Source of the DNA: Protoeuglena noctilucae
Lineage: Eukaryota
Direction of reading: 5' to 3'
DNA length: 64,000 nt
Assembly: GCA_958009085.1 (NCBI GenBank)
Contig: OY253674.1
Span: 744,001 to 808,000 of the forward strand
A program made the translations under genes and the position numbers. Numbering within the stretch: position 1 is the stretch's first letter; the number at the start of each line of letters is the position of its first letter. Under the pieces are notes generated by a model. It had not been told where the DNA came from. It made no database searches and was given only the letters and a program-made list of their open reading frames with translations. This document shows positions 13,584 to 26,862 of the stretch, piece after piece.

Positions 13584-16500
13584 TCAGTCATCAAACCATC
13601 GCCGGAACGTCTCCCTGGCCGCCTTCTTGTCGCCCATCCCAAAAAGCTTCTTCGAGTACTGCTCGACCAACATGTCCACGCTGTCCTTCTCCTCCCAATT
13701 CCGCTTCCGCACCTTCCCTCCGCTCCGCACCGGGGCTCCCCCGTCGTCCCCGCCCGCTAGCCGCTCCAGCTCCTGCTCCCCCCGACGCTTGCGGTCCCGC
13801 GCCCCCCTCTCCTCCCGGCCCTGCCTCGCCTGCGAGGCCGCACGGTCACCCGCCCGCCCTTTCCCTCCCGGCACCGTCCCGTTCGGCTCCTGCTCCCTCC
13901 CATCCCTCTTATCCCGCTTCGCCCGCTTGCCGGGCCGGGCATGGGCTTGCGCTCCCGCATCACCCGCCCCCCCTGCCGCAAGCCCCGTCCCATCACCCGG
14001 CCGGCCCCGCTTCTCGGGACGTTTGGCTGCTTTGCCCTTGGCCAATGCTGCCGAGCCCGGCCCCGCCCCCGCACCTGCGTCGCGTGCACCAGCCCTCTCA
14101 GCGCCGCCAGTGCCGCCCTCCGCTGCCGCTGGACGGTCGCCCGCCTCTCTTCCCTTCCTGCGAGCGGCACAAGCATGCAAATCACCGGCAGTACCACTCC
14201 CATGGCACAACACCACTACCACCACCCCTGCCGTGCCGCAGCACAATCCCGACACAGTCTCCAAGCACCTAACGCAACTCACTTCTTCTGCTCCCGGAGC
14301 TCCTGCTTCTTCTGCTGCCGCTTCTCCTTCCACGCCTCGTACTTGGCCTGCTTCTTGCTCTTGGCAGCCTCGCCCCCCGCCTCGGCCCCCGCCTGCCCCC
14401 TGTGCCCCCCCGGCCCCGACTTGCGGAGCTTGGCCTCCCGCATCTTGAGCACCTTGACGTTCTCGATCGCAAACTCGACGATCGGCCTCCGGTCGCGCGT
14501 GAACGCCTCGGGGTTGTTGTTCAGCTCCCGCAGCGCGCACACCGCGTGGTCGTGGCTGTCAAACTCCACGAAGCCGAGTCCCTGCGCGCGGCGACGTCGA
14601 TCCATCGAACGCACCTTCGAACCGGGAGCGGAACACCGGCCCGCACGCTTGCACTGACTCGGCGCTGTGAAGAGCTGCGAGGGACCGTGTGCCTCGGCCT
14701 CACCTTCGACCTCGGGGCTCCGTCCTTGTCCCTTTTCTCCTCCTCGTACAGAATCTTGACCTGCTTGACCACGGGCTTGGCGGTGCTCGCCCTCCGCTTG
14801 ACCGCCGCCACGAACGCAGCCTTGAGCGCCTTCTCGTCCCACCTGCACACGCGGTGCGCAACCCATACGCCTTACGCAGCCGCACACCCGCGAAACAGAC
14901 GGTCACTCAGCAGCGGGCATCGACACATGCAGAGTCTTCAATCCTCGCGTCCCCAGCAGCTCACGTGTAAGGGATGTTGCGCACGCTGAGGCGTGTCGGG
15001 GATACCATGAAGTTGGGGCTCTTGAGCTTCAGCTTCCGCTCTTTCTCGGCCCGCTGGCGCTTCAGGCGGTCGCCGTCCGACATGTCATCCCACGCTTTAG
15101 TGCCCTGCTCGATCTTCCCCTCCTGCAAAGGGCGGACAGCCGTGCACCGTCACGCGCCGCGCCGGCCCCATGGCTTGCGTCTCTCGCACCAGGCCAAAAC
15201 TGTAGCGTGAATCACCTCGGCCAGATACAGGTTGCGCTTGTCCTTGTGGCGCACGGCGTCCTTCTTCCGCTCAATCTGCTGGGCCAGCCCCCGGGCGCCG
15301 TCCTGAGTCAGGGCGTGCACGACGGTCACCTCGGAGCCATCCACCGTGATGCTCGGGCCCTTCCCCGCCCTCGCACTCTGCAAAACACGATACACAGCCC
15401 TTCGTGTTAGCAAGATGCAGGGTGCAGGGCCCCATGCACGGCTGCACATGAGCAAGATTGCGGGTCCACGCACCGCACCGCACTGCATCGCATTGCCTCG
15501 CAGGCACACACCTCCGAGGCGTCCACGGCCTTCTGCGCGGCTTCTGGCGTGGCGAAGTCGACGAAAGCGACGCCCTTGCTCTTCCCCGACACCTTGTCCA
15601 GCACCACTCGGCAGGACTTGACCTCCCCAAACGCCGACAGCCGCGCCTGCAGAGCCACGAACTTGGTGTCCAGATGCAGCCCCCGGACGAAGACTGTGCG
15701 CGGCAGCTCTTCCTTCGACGGATCCACCTTGCGACCCTTGTCCTGTGGCCGCAGCAAGATAGTATCACTACCTTAGTCTCCTGGTCTCGTGGCGCCTTGC
15801 CCTGCGCTGTTGGCGTGCACAGAGCCCGCACAGAGCCCACAGATACGCGCGATGGGTTAACAGCAACGACCCTGCACCCACTCGCACCTTGCTTTTGGCA
15901 ACTGGCTCCTTCTCCTTCCCCGTTCGCTCCTTCTTGTCGGTCTTCTCTTTGCCGTCCGCTCCCTCAGCCCCCTCCTTGGAAAACTTCTGGACAATGGCCG
16001 ACGCGATGCCCTTCTGCGCCCACGAAACGCTCTCCACGCTCATTTCCAGGGCAGCCCTTTAGACAGACTGCGGCTGCACTTACAAAGCACGCCCTCTCTC
16101 ACCAGCCGCGCTGCGTCCCTTCCCTCGTCGTCCTCTTCGCCTCCCACGTCCAGTCCATCGCTGCCACTCTCGTCCTCCTCACCCTCCTCGTCCCCGAGCG
16201 CATCCGTGTCGTCATCGCCGCCCTCGCTCCCCACCGTATCATCGCTCTCCTCCACTGCCCCATCCGAATCTGTGCTCATGCCCTCTTCATCCTCAGATCC
16301 CTCCTCGCTACCCTCCGTCGATGCCTGTCCATCCGATGCATCGGACGCGCCGTCCTCATCCGATGCTCCGTCCCCACCATCGTCGTCCCCATCGTTGTCG
16401 CTCCCGGCGCCCTCCCCGTCGCTGTCGCCCCCCTCAGACGCCGAGTCGGGCTCCTCCCCTACGCCGCCGCGATCGTCGTGCGTCTCGGTCCACTCCCGCT

Positions 16501-18005
16501 TCGACACCGCCCAGTCCACCGCCACTGGGCGCCCACCGACCTTGACAGCGTTAAGCAAGGCCACGGCAGCCCCGGCGTGCGCCTTGCACGTGAAGGTCGC
16601 GAACGCGAAGCCGCGACTCTTGCCGTCCGGTTTGCGCGGCACCCGGACGTCCCACACGAAGCCGGCCTTGGCGAAGATCCGACGCAGGGCCTGCAGAGAG
16701 GCAAGAGAGCGCTCACACCGGGTTGCGCCGCGTCGCTGCCGTGAAAGCGGAAAAGCCACGGTAAAAGCGGCAGAGATTGCGAAAGGATGAAATGCTGACG
16801 AGCAGGCTCGCACATCACCTGGGCTGCGGTCGAGAAGGGTAGGTTCCGCACAATGACGCGCCAGCGCTTGGTGTGCTTCCCCTCCCCACCCAGCTGCCGG
16901 CACCACACGCGCTCCGTCGACCCCATGTTGTCCTCCGCTTTCTTGTCCTCCGCCGTCTTCCCCGGCAGAAGCTGCCAGTGCAGCTGCTGCACGGCGTGAA
17001 GCGCTTGCTTCACTGCGTTAAGGAAACAAACCCGACGTAGGCCCGAAATAGCCCATGGCGCCCGGTCCTGATGCACCGTTACTCGCACTGCAGCGTCGGC
17101 GGATCAGTCACGGCCCTCGGGCGCCTCGGTTTCCCTCGCATCTGCAGCCCCACCTGTGCGGTACGTGACGAGCGCCACCTGCCCCGTGCACCCGTCCTGC
17201 TTCAGCTTGCCCGCTTCCTGCTCCTTATCGTCCACCGGGAATCGAACCTGCACCACCTCTCCGGCCTTCCTTGCCGCGTCCAGCACCGCCTTGGCCGTGG
17301 CGTCGCTCAGGTTGCCAACGGCCACCGTGCGCGCCCGCAGCTGGTACTTGGAGGCATCCACCTGCTGCGGCCAGGGTCCCGAGAGGTGCGCATGAAGGGG
17401 CCGCAAAAGAATTCCGCGCGCGGGGGCGTCGAGGGGCGCGCGCGTGCCTGTTGCTTGTTGCTCCCGGCCGCCTTGGACACCACTTTGTCGCTCCCGTGCC
17501 CTTCGGCTGGCGCCGCCGGGTCCGGCTTCGCCGCATCAGCTGCCTTTTGTCCGTCCTTGACTTTGAGATTCGCAATCTCCACCTGCCGGCCCAGAAAGCC
17601 ACGCGGCATCACCGGTGCTGCTGCCCGGGGTAATGTGGACGCGTGCATTCCATGCCAAAGCAAGTGCCCTCACCAGAAGCTTTTTGCCGTCAAGTTCATG
17701 CCCGTTGAGCTTGTCCGCCGCGGCAGCCGCGTCCTCGCGGAGGGAGAAAGTCACGAACCCGAAGCCCTTGTGCTTCTCCTGCCCTTTGTGCTTAATGAGG
17801 ATGACCTTTTTCACGGGCCCGAGATCTCCAAATACTTCCTCGAGCTGCGCGAGTGCGAGGGAGGCGCGAGTGCGCCAGGACGGCGACGCGAGCCGCAAGA
17901 CTGCCGCCATTTGGGTAAGGACGTCTTGCGCGTCACCTTGGCTTCGTCAACCGTAGGTGCGACACCCCGCACAAAGAGGGTGTTGGGATCTTTGCGCGAC
18001 GCCAT
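13584..18005 (-). CDS. RBM28: RBM28/NOP4-like nucleolar RNA-binding protein (multiple RRMs, acidic linker), multi-exon
   Basis: RRMs 'TLFVRGV..HKGFGFVTF', 'WRVIVRNLPF..SRGFAFATF', 'TVFVRGL..SKGVAFVDF' and 'GLGFVEFDSHDHAVCALRELNNNP..RRPIVEFAIEN'; also 'DKRNLYLAEEG' and C-terminal 'RRWFDD*'. Confidence 0.88.
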
Positions 18006-18567
18006 CTCGCCAGCCCCCACCCCCCCTCGTCGACGAGTGCCAGCCCCTGCCCCGCCTCCTTGCAAGGGCGCCCTGTTCGTCGCCGCGACGGCTTGTTGAC
18101 CACTGCCTACGGCACGGCGTGCACGTGTGTATACTAAACGTGCGCTTTCACCCGCTTGCCGATGCTCTCGCGTTGAGTAGCCGTGACTTTATGTGCAGCA
18201 CATGTTCAGGGAGCTGGGACAGCCAAGCGCGATGCCCCGATGGCGTTGTTGGGACTTGCAGGAGCTGGTCGTCGCCGTAACCCTCGCTGGCTTCGACCCT
18301 GACAAAGTGCCAGAATCGTCTCTCCCGGGCAGCAGGGCGCAAGCCGCTGCAAACCCCTCTGCCCCCTCGCTTCGTACATAAATCGTGCACCCATCGGAGC
18401 GCGTTCTCCACCCCGAAGTGCCCGACGGATCGCAGTTGCGCCCCACCACGCCCCACGCCGCGATTGCTCCATTTCGTTCAGGCGCGCGCTCTATCTCCGC
18501 TTCTAGTTGGCACTAGGAAGGTCCCGGCGTGGCGGCTGCGCGTCTTGGATGGTTTAGGGGACGCTGG

Positions 18568-21500
18568 ATGTCCGACGAGGAGATGGCTTCCGGGGGAGTT
18601 TCGGAGCGAGCCGACAACTCGAGCCTCCTTGTCTTTGGAAGCAATGACTCGTGTCAACTCGGCCTCGGCCCAGGTGCGGCCTCCCTTGCTCGCGCGGAGC
18701 TGGCATCGCGGAGGCAACACGCCCAGCGCCGCTCATCGTGCCAATCCCGCCCGCGCCCGCCCCTCGCTTCGCAGGTGCGCCGGACCTCGTGTCCCTTCCT
18801 TCGGACCTCTCGTCGAAGCTCCACGTGCGCGCGGTGGCCTTCGCGGACTCGCACGGCGCCGGGCTGACTCCGGACGGCGAGCTCTACACTTGGGGCGCCA
18901 ACTTCGCCGGGCAGATCGGTCGCGGGGCCGTGTCCTCCGCGCGGACGGAGGAACACGCCACCCCCGCGCGCGTGCAAGCCCTGGAGGGCTGGAACGTCAG
19001 CTCTGTGGCGTGCGGGGCGGAGCACACGGTTATCAGCGCGGGAGCCGCGGTGTTCTGCTGGGGCAACAACGAGGAGGGGCAGGTGAAGCAGTTTTGGAAC
19101 TCTGAGAGTGGGGCGGATGCGCCGTGGGCCGCGCACGCGGGAGACGCGGGAGTGGAGTCCTCACGCTGCCCGTGCTTTGCGCTCCGCAGTGCGGCATTGG
19201 GGACGACGCGCCGCTGCAGTGCCCGAAGCCCCGCCTGCTCAAGGCCCTCCGCGGCGTGCGCGTGGTGCAAGTGGCTGCGGGCGGGCACCACTCCATGGCG
19301 CTTTCATCCGCGGGCGTCGTGTTCACGTGGGGCGGCAACGCATTTGGGTAGCTGGGCCACAACGACACCAAGACGCGCTTCATCCCCGTCGCGGTGGACG
19401 GCCTCTGGGGCATCCCCGTCACCGCCATTGCGGCCGGCGAGGCCCACAGCCTGGCCATGTCCGCCGCTGGGCTGCTGTACGCCTGGGGCCGCAACCGCAC
19501 CGGGCAGCTCGGCCTCATGCCCTCCTCCCAGCCGGCCGCGCCGGCGTCCACGGGCAGGACCAACATCCAGCTCACGCGCAAGGGTCCCGTCAACCAGCAG
19601 TATCTCAGCGCATTGATGGACATGGGCATCGAGCGCCCGGTGGCTGAGGCTGCGCTGCAGGCGACCGGGAACCAGTCGGTGGAGAGCGCCGCCGAGTACA
19701 TATTCGGCGGACACGTGGCCGCGGGGGGCGCGGGCGGCAGCGGAGCAGCTGCCGGGGCAGAGGCGGGGGCTGCAGAGGACGGCGCAGACCGTGGGGGCAC
19801 GGACCTTTCGGACAAGGTGCTGGTGCCGATGCGGCTGCACTTGCGGGACGTGACGCAGGTCTCTGCGGCGGGCAACAGCTCCGGGTGCGTGAGCCGGGGG
19901 ACGGCTTTCACGTGGGGCGAGGGCCGGTGCGGGCAGCTGGGGCACGGGGGTTTCGAGTCGGAGCGCGTGCCGCGGGCCGTGGAGGCGCTGGCGTCCTACA
20001 CGATGCACGAGGTCGGGTGCGGGCGGGAGCACACGCTGTTTCTGACGACGTCGGGGACGGTGTTCGCGGCGGGGTCGACAGAGCTGGGGCAGCTGGGGTC
20101 GCTGGCGGGGCTGGGGCAGCGGGTGCCGACGCCCGTGCAGCTGCAGGGTGGGGTGACGGCGGTCGTCGCCGGGGGTTTCAGCTCTGCGATCGTCGTGGGC
20201 GGTGCGCGGCGCCCGGCCACCGCAGCCCTGTTTGAGGGCTGCCTGGACGGCATGGAGGCAGCGGCGTCTCAGATCCTCGCACACAAGGCGCGGCCGGACG
20301 TGCAGACCGCCCAGGCAAGCATGCAGCACGTGGCGCAAAGGGGCACTCTTGTCAATGTGCTTGCACAGCTTGACAACGCAGCAGCACACAGTGGCCTCAC
20401 ACTTTGCGACATCGTCCCACCTGCAGGTGCAGGGGGACATCGCAAACCAGGTCAACCACCTCGCCTCGATCATCGACGAGGTTTTTGCGGCACCCACGGC
20501 AGGCTATATGCTCTTCACCCAAGCTGCGCCCAACGCGGTGGGCGCCGCGGACCGCATCCCTGACTTCGGTGCGTGCATAATTGGTGCTTTGATGCCATGT
20601 TGTAGTAAGCCCTTGCGTCGCATGCGTGGTGGGCCGCGGCATCATGTCAACATCCTACACCCTCCCGCAGCTATGCTGGAGGGCCTGTACAAGCGGCTGC
20701 TGGGTACCCTGGAGAACGGCGTCGTGGAGGCTCTCTTGCGTGCCCAGAACAGTCTGCTGGAGGGGATGGACCCTCACCTGGCATCGCTCGTGGGGACCGA
20801 GCGTGTCGCTGCCCTCGTGCCGCTCCTGGTCTCGCCCCTGCTGGGACAGGTGTGACTCGGACACGATGCTGCTGTGGACGTTGGTTGTCACCGTTCAATC
20901 CATGTTTGCCTCTGCATTGCTCGGTTGGCGTGTGTTGCGAGCACTCGTATCTCTCAGCCTGCCTCATGCTTATGCTTATGCAGGTCGCCCTGGGCGCCAA
21001 GCTCTTCCCGATGCTGGTCAAGTATCTCGTGGCGCTCCCCCAGCCCGGACGGGAGCTGATGCTGCAATGGCTGACGCAGGTTTGAGCCGCCTCAGCTACC
21101 CCGCCACCCATCGCCTCATGCCCAGCACATCATGTGGGTCCGAGCTTGCGATGCACAATGTGCTCTGTACCTTACGCAGGTGCCCGTGGACGTGCTTGCG
21201 GCCCGCCTGGTGCGCCCGTGCCAGCAGTTCATCACGCAGCGTATGCAGCGCATCGGGGCGCTGTCGAGCGAGGTGGTTCTGGCCATCGAGATGCTCGCGA
21301 TGGTCAACGAGGCGGAGATGCGGAAGGCCCCGGAGGCCCGCATGCCGGTGATGGAGCTCTACAATGACTTCATTTCGGAGCACATGGACGTGCAGGACCA
21401 TTACAAGGCCTGGCGGCGCCACGGCACGCACCGCGGGAGCGGGCAGGTGGACTTCTCCTTTTGCGACTTCCCCTTCCTGCTCAACAGCTCCGCCAAGAGC

Positions 21501-23901
21501 AAGGTCCTGCGGATCGAGGCCCAGATGCAGATGGCCGAGACGGTCAGCCAGTCCAGGGCAGAGCACCTGCACAAGATGCTGGGCTTCCCGACCATGACGC
21601 AAGGGCTAGACGACCGCGTGCTGCCCATGCGGCGCAAGCGGCGCCTGGGGGCCGACGCGGACAGCCCCAGGGGCGGTGCATCGGCGTCTGTCACGTCCAC
21701 GCAAGAGTCGCCGGCGCCAGAACACCGGGTGTTTCGCGAAGAGGGGCTCGGTGGTCTGCTGAATATGCTGCTGCCAGCGGGGCTCAACTTCATGGGCGTG
21801 CAGATGGCGGTGGTCCCGTTGGGGAGGCCGGCCGGCGCGTCGCAGGGTGGTTCGCAGGGTGGGGAGTCCATGGCAGAGGCGCGGGGGGGTCCCAGCGGTG
21901 CGGAGGAGCGCATGAGCGCGGGGGGCGGCCTGCCCCCACCGGACCAGTGTGGGTTCCCCGGCACTCACGTGGACGCGTGTTTGATACGCATCCGGCGCAC
22001 GCATCTCGTGGAGGACGCGCTCGAGGCGAGTGTCGCGGACGCGGAGGGTTTCTTTTTTATAGTGTGTGATCAGCATGTGTCTCGTGTCGATTGCCAACAG
22101 CGGTAGGCTGGTGGATCCGCAATGCGCCGCCAAATATCGAGGATAGCGCCATCGGTACTTTCAGATGACCTGGCTCTGATATGGTCCCGCACCTTCGATG
22201 GCTTGGCTGCAGGAGATTGCGCGGCAGCGCGTGCGTGACCTGGCCAAGCCCCTCAAGGTGCACTTCATCGGGGAGGAGGGTGTCGACGACGGGGGCCTCC
22301 GCAAGGAGTTCTTCCAGCTCCTCGTACAGCAGCTGCTGCACCCGGACTACGGTGAGGGCCTGTGGATGAAACAGGCGTTACGCAGGCGCTTTGCTTGGTG
22401 GCACATGGTGGCTGCGGCTGGAGACTCCTTCTTAGCATCTTTGTGGCGCTTGCCGTCTTGCATTATGAACCAATGCCGGCGCTCTTGGTAAGTGCATGAC
22501 AGACCACCCCTATCTCGGCCCTCAGGCATGTTTGCGTATCAGCCAGAGACGCGCACCTACTTCTTCAGCCCTGTGCTTTTGGAGAATGACCACGAGTTCC
22601 TCTTGGTGGGACTGGCCATTGGACTGGCCGTGTACAACGGGGTGCTCCTCGACCTCAACTTCCCCCAGGCGAGGCTGTGACTAAGCATCTTGGCATAGCG
22701 CATCTGCGCACGGGACGGTGCTGAGCCTTATGTAGCACGTGCCTCCCCCGCAGGCCGTGTACAAGAAGCTGCTGGGCATGCCGGTGGGACTGAGTGACTT
22801 GGAGGAGATGTCTCCGTCGGTGGGCAAGTCATTGAGGGCTTTGTTGGAGTACAGCGGCCCAGGGACGGTGCAGGACGTCTTCTGCCTTACCTTCGCTGCC
22901 GAGGTGCACCGCTTCGGGGAGGTAGAGGAGGTCGAGCTCAAGCCGGGCGGGAGCAGGATCGACGTGGTGAGCAGGCGACGTCGTCTGCACTTGATTGTGG
23001 GTTTGTCAAGTCGTCGCGAACATCGCTTGCGGTGGCGCACTCGTGCTCACGCCCGCCCATGGTGTTTGGCGATCGTTTCGACATCGTGCGATCGCAGACG
23101 GAGGACAACCGCGCCGAGTACGTGGAGCTCTACGTCGACCACGTGCTGAACAAGTCCGTGGCCAGTCGCTTCGACAGCTTCCGGAGGGGCTTCCTCATGC
23201 TCGCGGGCGGGTTCGCCCTGCAGCTGTTCCGGTGAGTGTAGTCCACTCTACCATGTAAACGCTGCGTTGGCATGGGCCTGCTGGGGGCCACTCTCTGTGA
23301 CGCAACACTGCGACACAGTGCACCACTCAGATGGTTTCTCCTGGAGTCAGCTACCTCCAACTCCAACTCATCGCTTCCTCTGCAGACCGGAGGAGCTGGA
23401 GATGATGGTGTGCGGCACGCCCCACCTGGACTTTGGGGCGCTGACGGCGGCGACGAGGTACGAGGGGTACACCCCAGACAGCGCGGTGGTGCAGTGGCTG
23501 TGGAGCATCGTGGAGGGAATGTCCATCGAGGAGAAGAAGCGGTTTCTCAAGTTCTTCTCCGGTGAGGGTTCAAGCTCTGGCTGGGCTTGGTTACTGTTGC
23601 GAGGTTGTCGACATGCTCAGTTACGACCTCTCATCAAAGATTCACTTCCTTCACGGATAATTTTATCGTTTTTTGAGCGAGCAATCGACGCGCTGCGCGT
23701 GCAGGGTCAGACCGGGCGCCCGTGGGCGGCCTGGGCAAGCTCCGTATGATCATCCAGCGCGACGGGGGCGACACGCACCGCCTGCCCACCTCCCGCACAT
23801 GCTTCAACGTCCTGCTGCTGCCAGAGTACTCCACCAAGGACAAGCTCGCCAGCCGACTGATCACCGCCGTCAACAACGCCGAGGGGTTCGGGCTTCAGTA
23901 G
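18568..23901 (+). CDS. RCC1-repeat + UBA + HECT E3 ubiquitin ligase (small-HERC-like), ~14 exons; contains an in-frame TAG at 19349-19351
   Basis: RCC1 repeats (WGxNxxGQLG, 'ACGAEHT', 'AAGGHHS', 'CGREHT'); UBA '[31 protein letters not shown]'; HECT '[21 protein letters not shown]', 'YKKLL', '[23 protein letters not shown]'. Confidence 0.88.
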
Positions 23902-24015
23902 CGCCACTCGTTGCGCCGCCATCCCACGGCCCCATGTGCATGTCGCAGGCACACGTGTGCTGCCCTAGCACCCCGCCACCCGCGCCCGTCCCGCGCCCTC
24001 TCGCTCCCTCTGCCG

Positions 24016-26451
24016 TCACCATGCCTTCTTCTCGTAGGCGTGGAGGTCATGGACGTTGCCCTCGGCCAGCGCGGCCCCCGAGCGCACCTCCATGCGCATC
24101 TGGCCGCCGTAGAGCTCGGTCCACGCCTCGGGCAGGCTGCGGACCCCCAGGTCTTGGAACCCCTGCCGCACGGCCTGGGCTAAGAAGGGCACCTGGTTGA
24201 ACACGCTGCCTTTGTCCTTCACCACTCCGCTCACGCCCTGCGCAATCTTGAGGTTCTGAGTGTCAGAGAGGTACCGCGCCTCCGACCCCTTCTGCATCGC
24301 CTGCGGGAACCCACGTCGAACGAATGGTGTCAACACGTTGCTCACATCCCAATCACTGCTTGTGCACCCGCAAGCCGCCGCGCGACATGCACACCCCCGC
24401 GACACGAGCGCGGTGCCGCTGCCCCATCTGCCCCTCGGTTTCTCACCTCCAGAGACCCCATGCCCCGGTACTTCTTGACTCGCGCCCCGTTTAGCTCAAA
24501 GTAGTCCCCAGGAGCCTCCCACGTCCCGCTGAACTTGGACCCACACATGACCGCCGAGGCCCCCAGCGCGAGCGCCTTGACGATGTGACCCGAGTTCTGA
24601 ATGCCCCCGTCCGCGATGATCGGCACCCCGTGCGCGTGGCCCATGCGGGCCGTCTGGTAGACGGCTGTCGCCTGCCCCCGCCCCACCGCGCACACCTCCT
24701 GGGTCGTGCAGATGGACCCAGAACCCATGCCGACGCGGAGACCGTCCGCGCCCGCCTCAATCAGCCTGAAAGCGCGCGGTAAGCGAGCCAGTGAGTCTCA
24801 GTGCCGCCAGCATCTCATCACGGGCCCCGCCGCTGCAAGGGTGACTGCATTCCATCACATGCCCCAACCAGCCCCACCTGCGGGCCTGTCGGCTGGTAAC
24901 CACGTTGCCGGCGATGACGTCGACCTCCGGGTGCGCCCGCTTGACGTGAGCGATCATGTCCAGCTGGTAAGTCGAGTCGCCTTGGGACGAGTCGAGGATG
25001 ACGGCGTCGATGCCCTCTGCCGCCAGCGCCGCCACGCGATCCCGGTCGCCCGGGCGGGTGCCAATGGCCGCGCCGCACAGCAGCCGGCCCCGCGCGTCCT
25101 TGGAGGGCTCGCCGGCGCCCGGGAAGAACATGTGGGCTTTGGAGTGGTGGCGTGTGGCGAGCGCAACCAGGCACCCGTCTGCGTCCACCACGGGCAGCTT
25201 GCCCTTCTTGGACTTTTGCAGCACGTCGAAGATGCGGTCCTTGTTCGCCGTGCTCTGCGGCAGAGTGCAGGAGAGGGAAAGGTGGTCACCAGGCGCTGCA
25301 TCGCCTTGATGCGCTGGGTCAGCAGTGAATGACTGGTAAAGGGCCTGCGTTGCTAGATGATCGCATGACCACTTGAACATACCAAACCCACCTCGACTGT
25401 CACGAGGTCGCGGGTCATGACGTCGCTGACGGAGGTGAAGCGGTCGTTGACGAACTCGATGTCGCGCGTGGTGACGATGCCCAGGAGACGCCCGCCCAGC
25501 TTGCCTGTGTCCGTGATGCACACGGAGCGGTGGCCCTGCAGTCAGGGAGACGCAAGACATGGCGACAACAGGGCGGCCGGAGCCAGGCACGTGCGATGGC
25601 TGCTGCGGGCGCGTGTGCGGCACCTTGGTGGCCTTGAGCGTGTCCAGATCCTTGAGCATCGCGTCGGGGCCCATGACGGTGGGTGCGTAGATGCAACCCT
25701 CCTTGTGAGACTTGACCCGGCGCACCCAGGAAGCCTGGTCCTCCACCGTCGCGTTGTAGTGCAGGAAGCCCATCCCGCCGAGCGTCGCCATCGCAATCGC
25801 CATCTGAAGGGGCAGAAGCGGCGACGGTGACAACCGGCGGGGGTCGGCAGAGGGCTGCGGCGCGGCAAAGGAGCGCGGCTCGCCTCGGCCTCCGTGACGG
25901 TGTCCATGGGAGACGAGACGATGGGGACTCGGAGCCGGAGGTTGCGCGACACGTTGCCGCTCAGGTCTACCTCGTGCGCACCGAAGTTGATGTGGCCCGG
26001 GTGGAAGATGACGTCGTCGTACGTGTAGCAGACGCCCTGGGTGAACACCTGCGCCGCCGCGTGGCCTGCGCGGGACGGTGCAGCGAGTGCGAGGTCAGAG
26101 AACAACCGAAGACGCAGCAGCTGTCACGGGGAGGCGGCCACGAGCGGCGGTGGGCGCGGGCGGCGGGTGGCTGCCGGCCCTCATGCCGTGGCTTGCGTGA
26201 GGGCGGCGCTGGGACCACGGCTGGCCCCGAGAGCGTAAGCGGATCGTTCATGACCTCAGAATCGTCGGACTCCGATGCGCGCGCGTCAGTTATATCGCGC
26301 CCCTGGTGCCCTAGCGGGACGCGCAGTGCTTCAGAGGGCGGGACGGCGAGGGGCGGCTCTGCAAAGGCCCTGCGCTGCGAGCCCGGTATCTGAAGCGACC
26401 GACATTCTCACCGTCAGCCAGGCTCGCATCGAAGTCCATCCGGAACGCCAT
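24016..26451 (-). CDS. IMPDH: Inosine-5'-monophosphate dehydrogenase with CBS (Bateman) domain, 7 exons
   Basis: Exon 1 '[14 protein letters not shown]' joins '[23 protein letters not shown]'; '[12 protein letters not shown]', 'LDSSQGDS', catalytic '[14 protein letters not shown]', 'IIADGGI', 'KYRGMGSL', 'AQGVSG..DKGS', 'EGNVHDL'. Confidence 0.96.
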
Positions 26452-26862
26452 GGCCCACTCGCGCGACGTCGACGCAGGGCGATCGACGAATCAAAACGCA
26501 GAGATGGAGGAGCCGTAGTGGCGACTTGGAGGGAAGGCGGGGACGGACGGGGACCGCCGCTTCCTGACTCAGTGCGGCCGGCAGCGCTGGAGTTTACTCC
26601 TCAAGCTCTCCCCTCTCGCCAGGCGGTTGCTTACAAGCGCTCTGCTGCTTGCCGGCCGGTGCCTCCATCTGTAGCCGCGTTGCTGTCGGGGGAAGCCCAC
26701 GCATTCGTTCAAATCTGCGACTCGCATCCAGCGGTCGCGGAGATCCGCTGCGTGTGGCTGAGGGTCGCGCGGAAAAGGGACCGATTTCAGGAGTCCCACG
26801 CGGCCCTCGAGCGGGCGCCAGGCGCTGGGTGGGCCACGTTGGCGGTTGGAGGGGGAGCCAGG

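Noticed and set aside
19349..19351. Genome-wide TAR=Gln reassignment (code 6, as in some ulvophytes)
   Set aside because: TAG/TAA terminate genes at conserved C-termini (ICME 10424, HERC 23899, AlaRS 57583). I found no other internal TAR in conserved exons, including the 2677-codon ORF.
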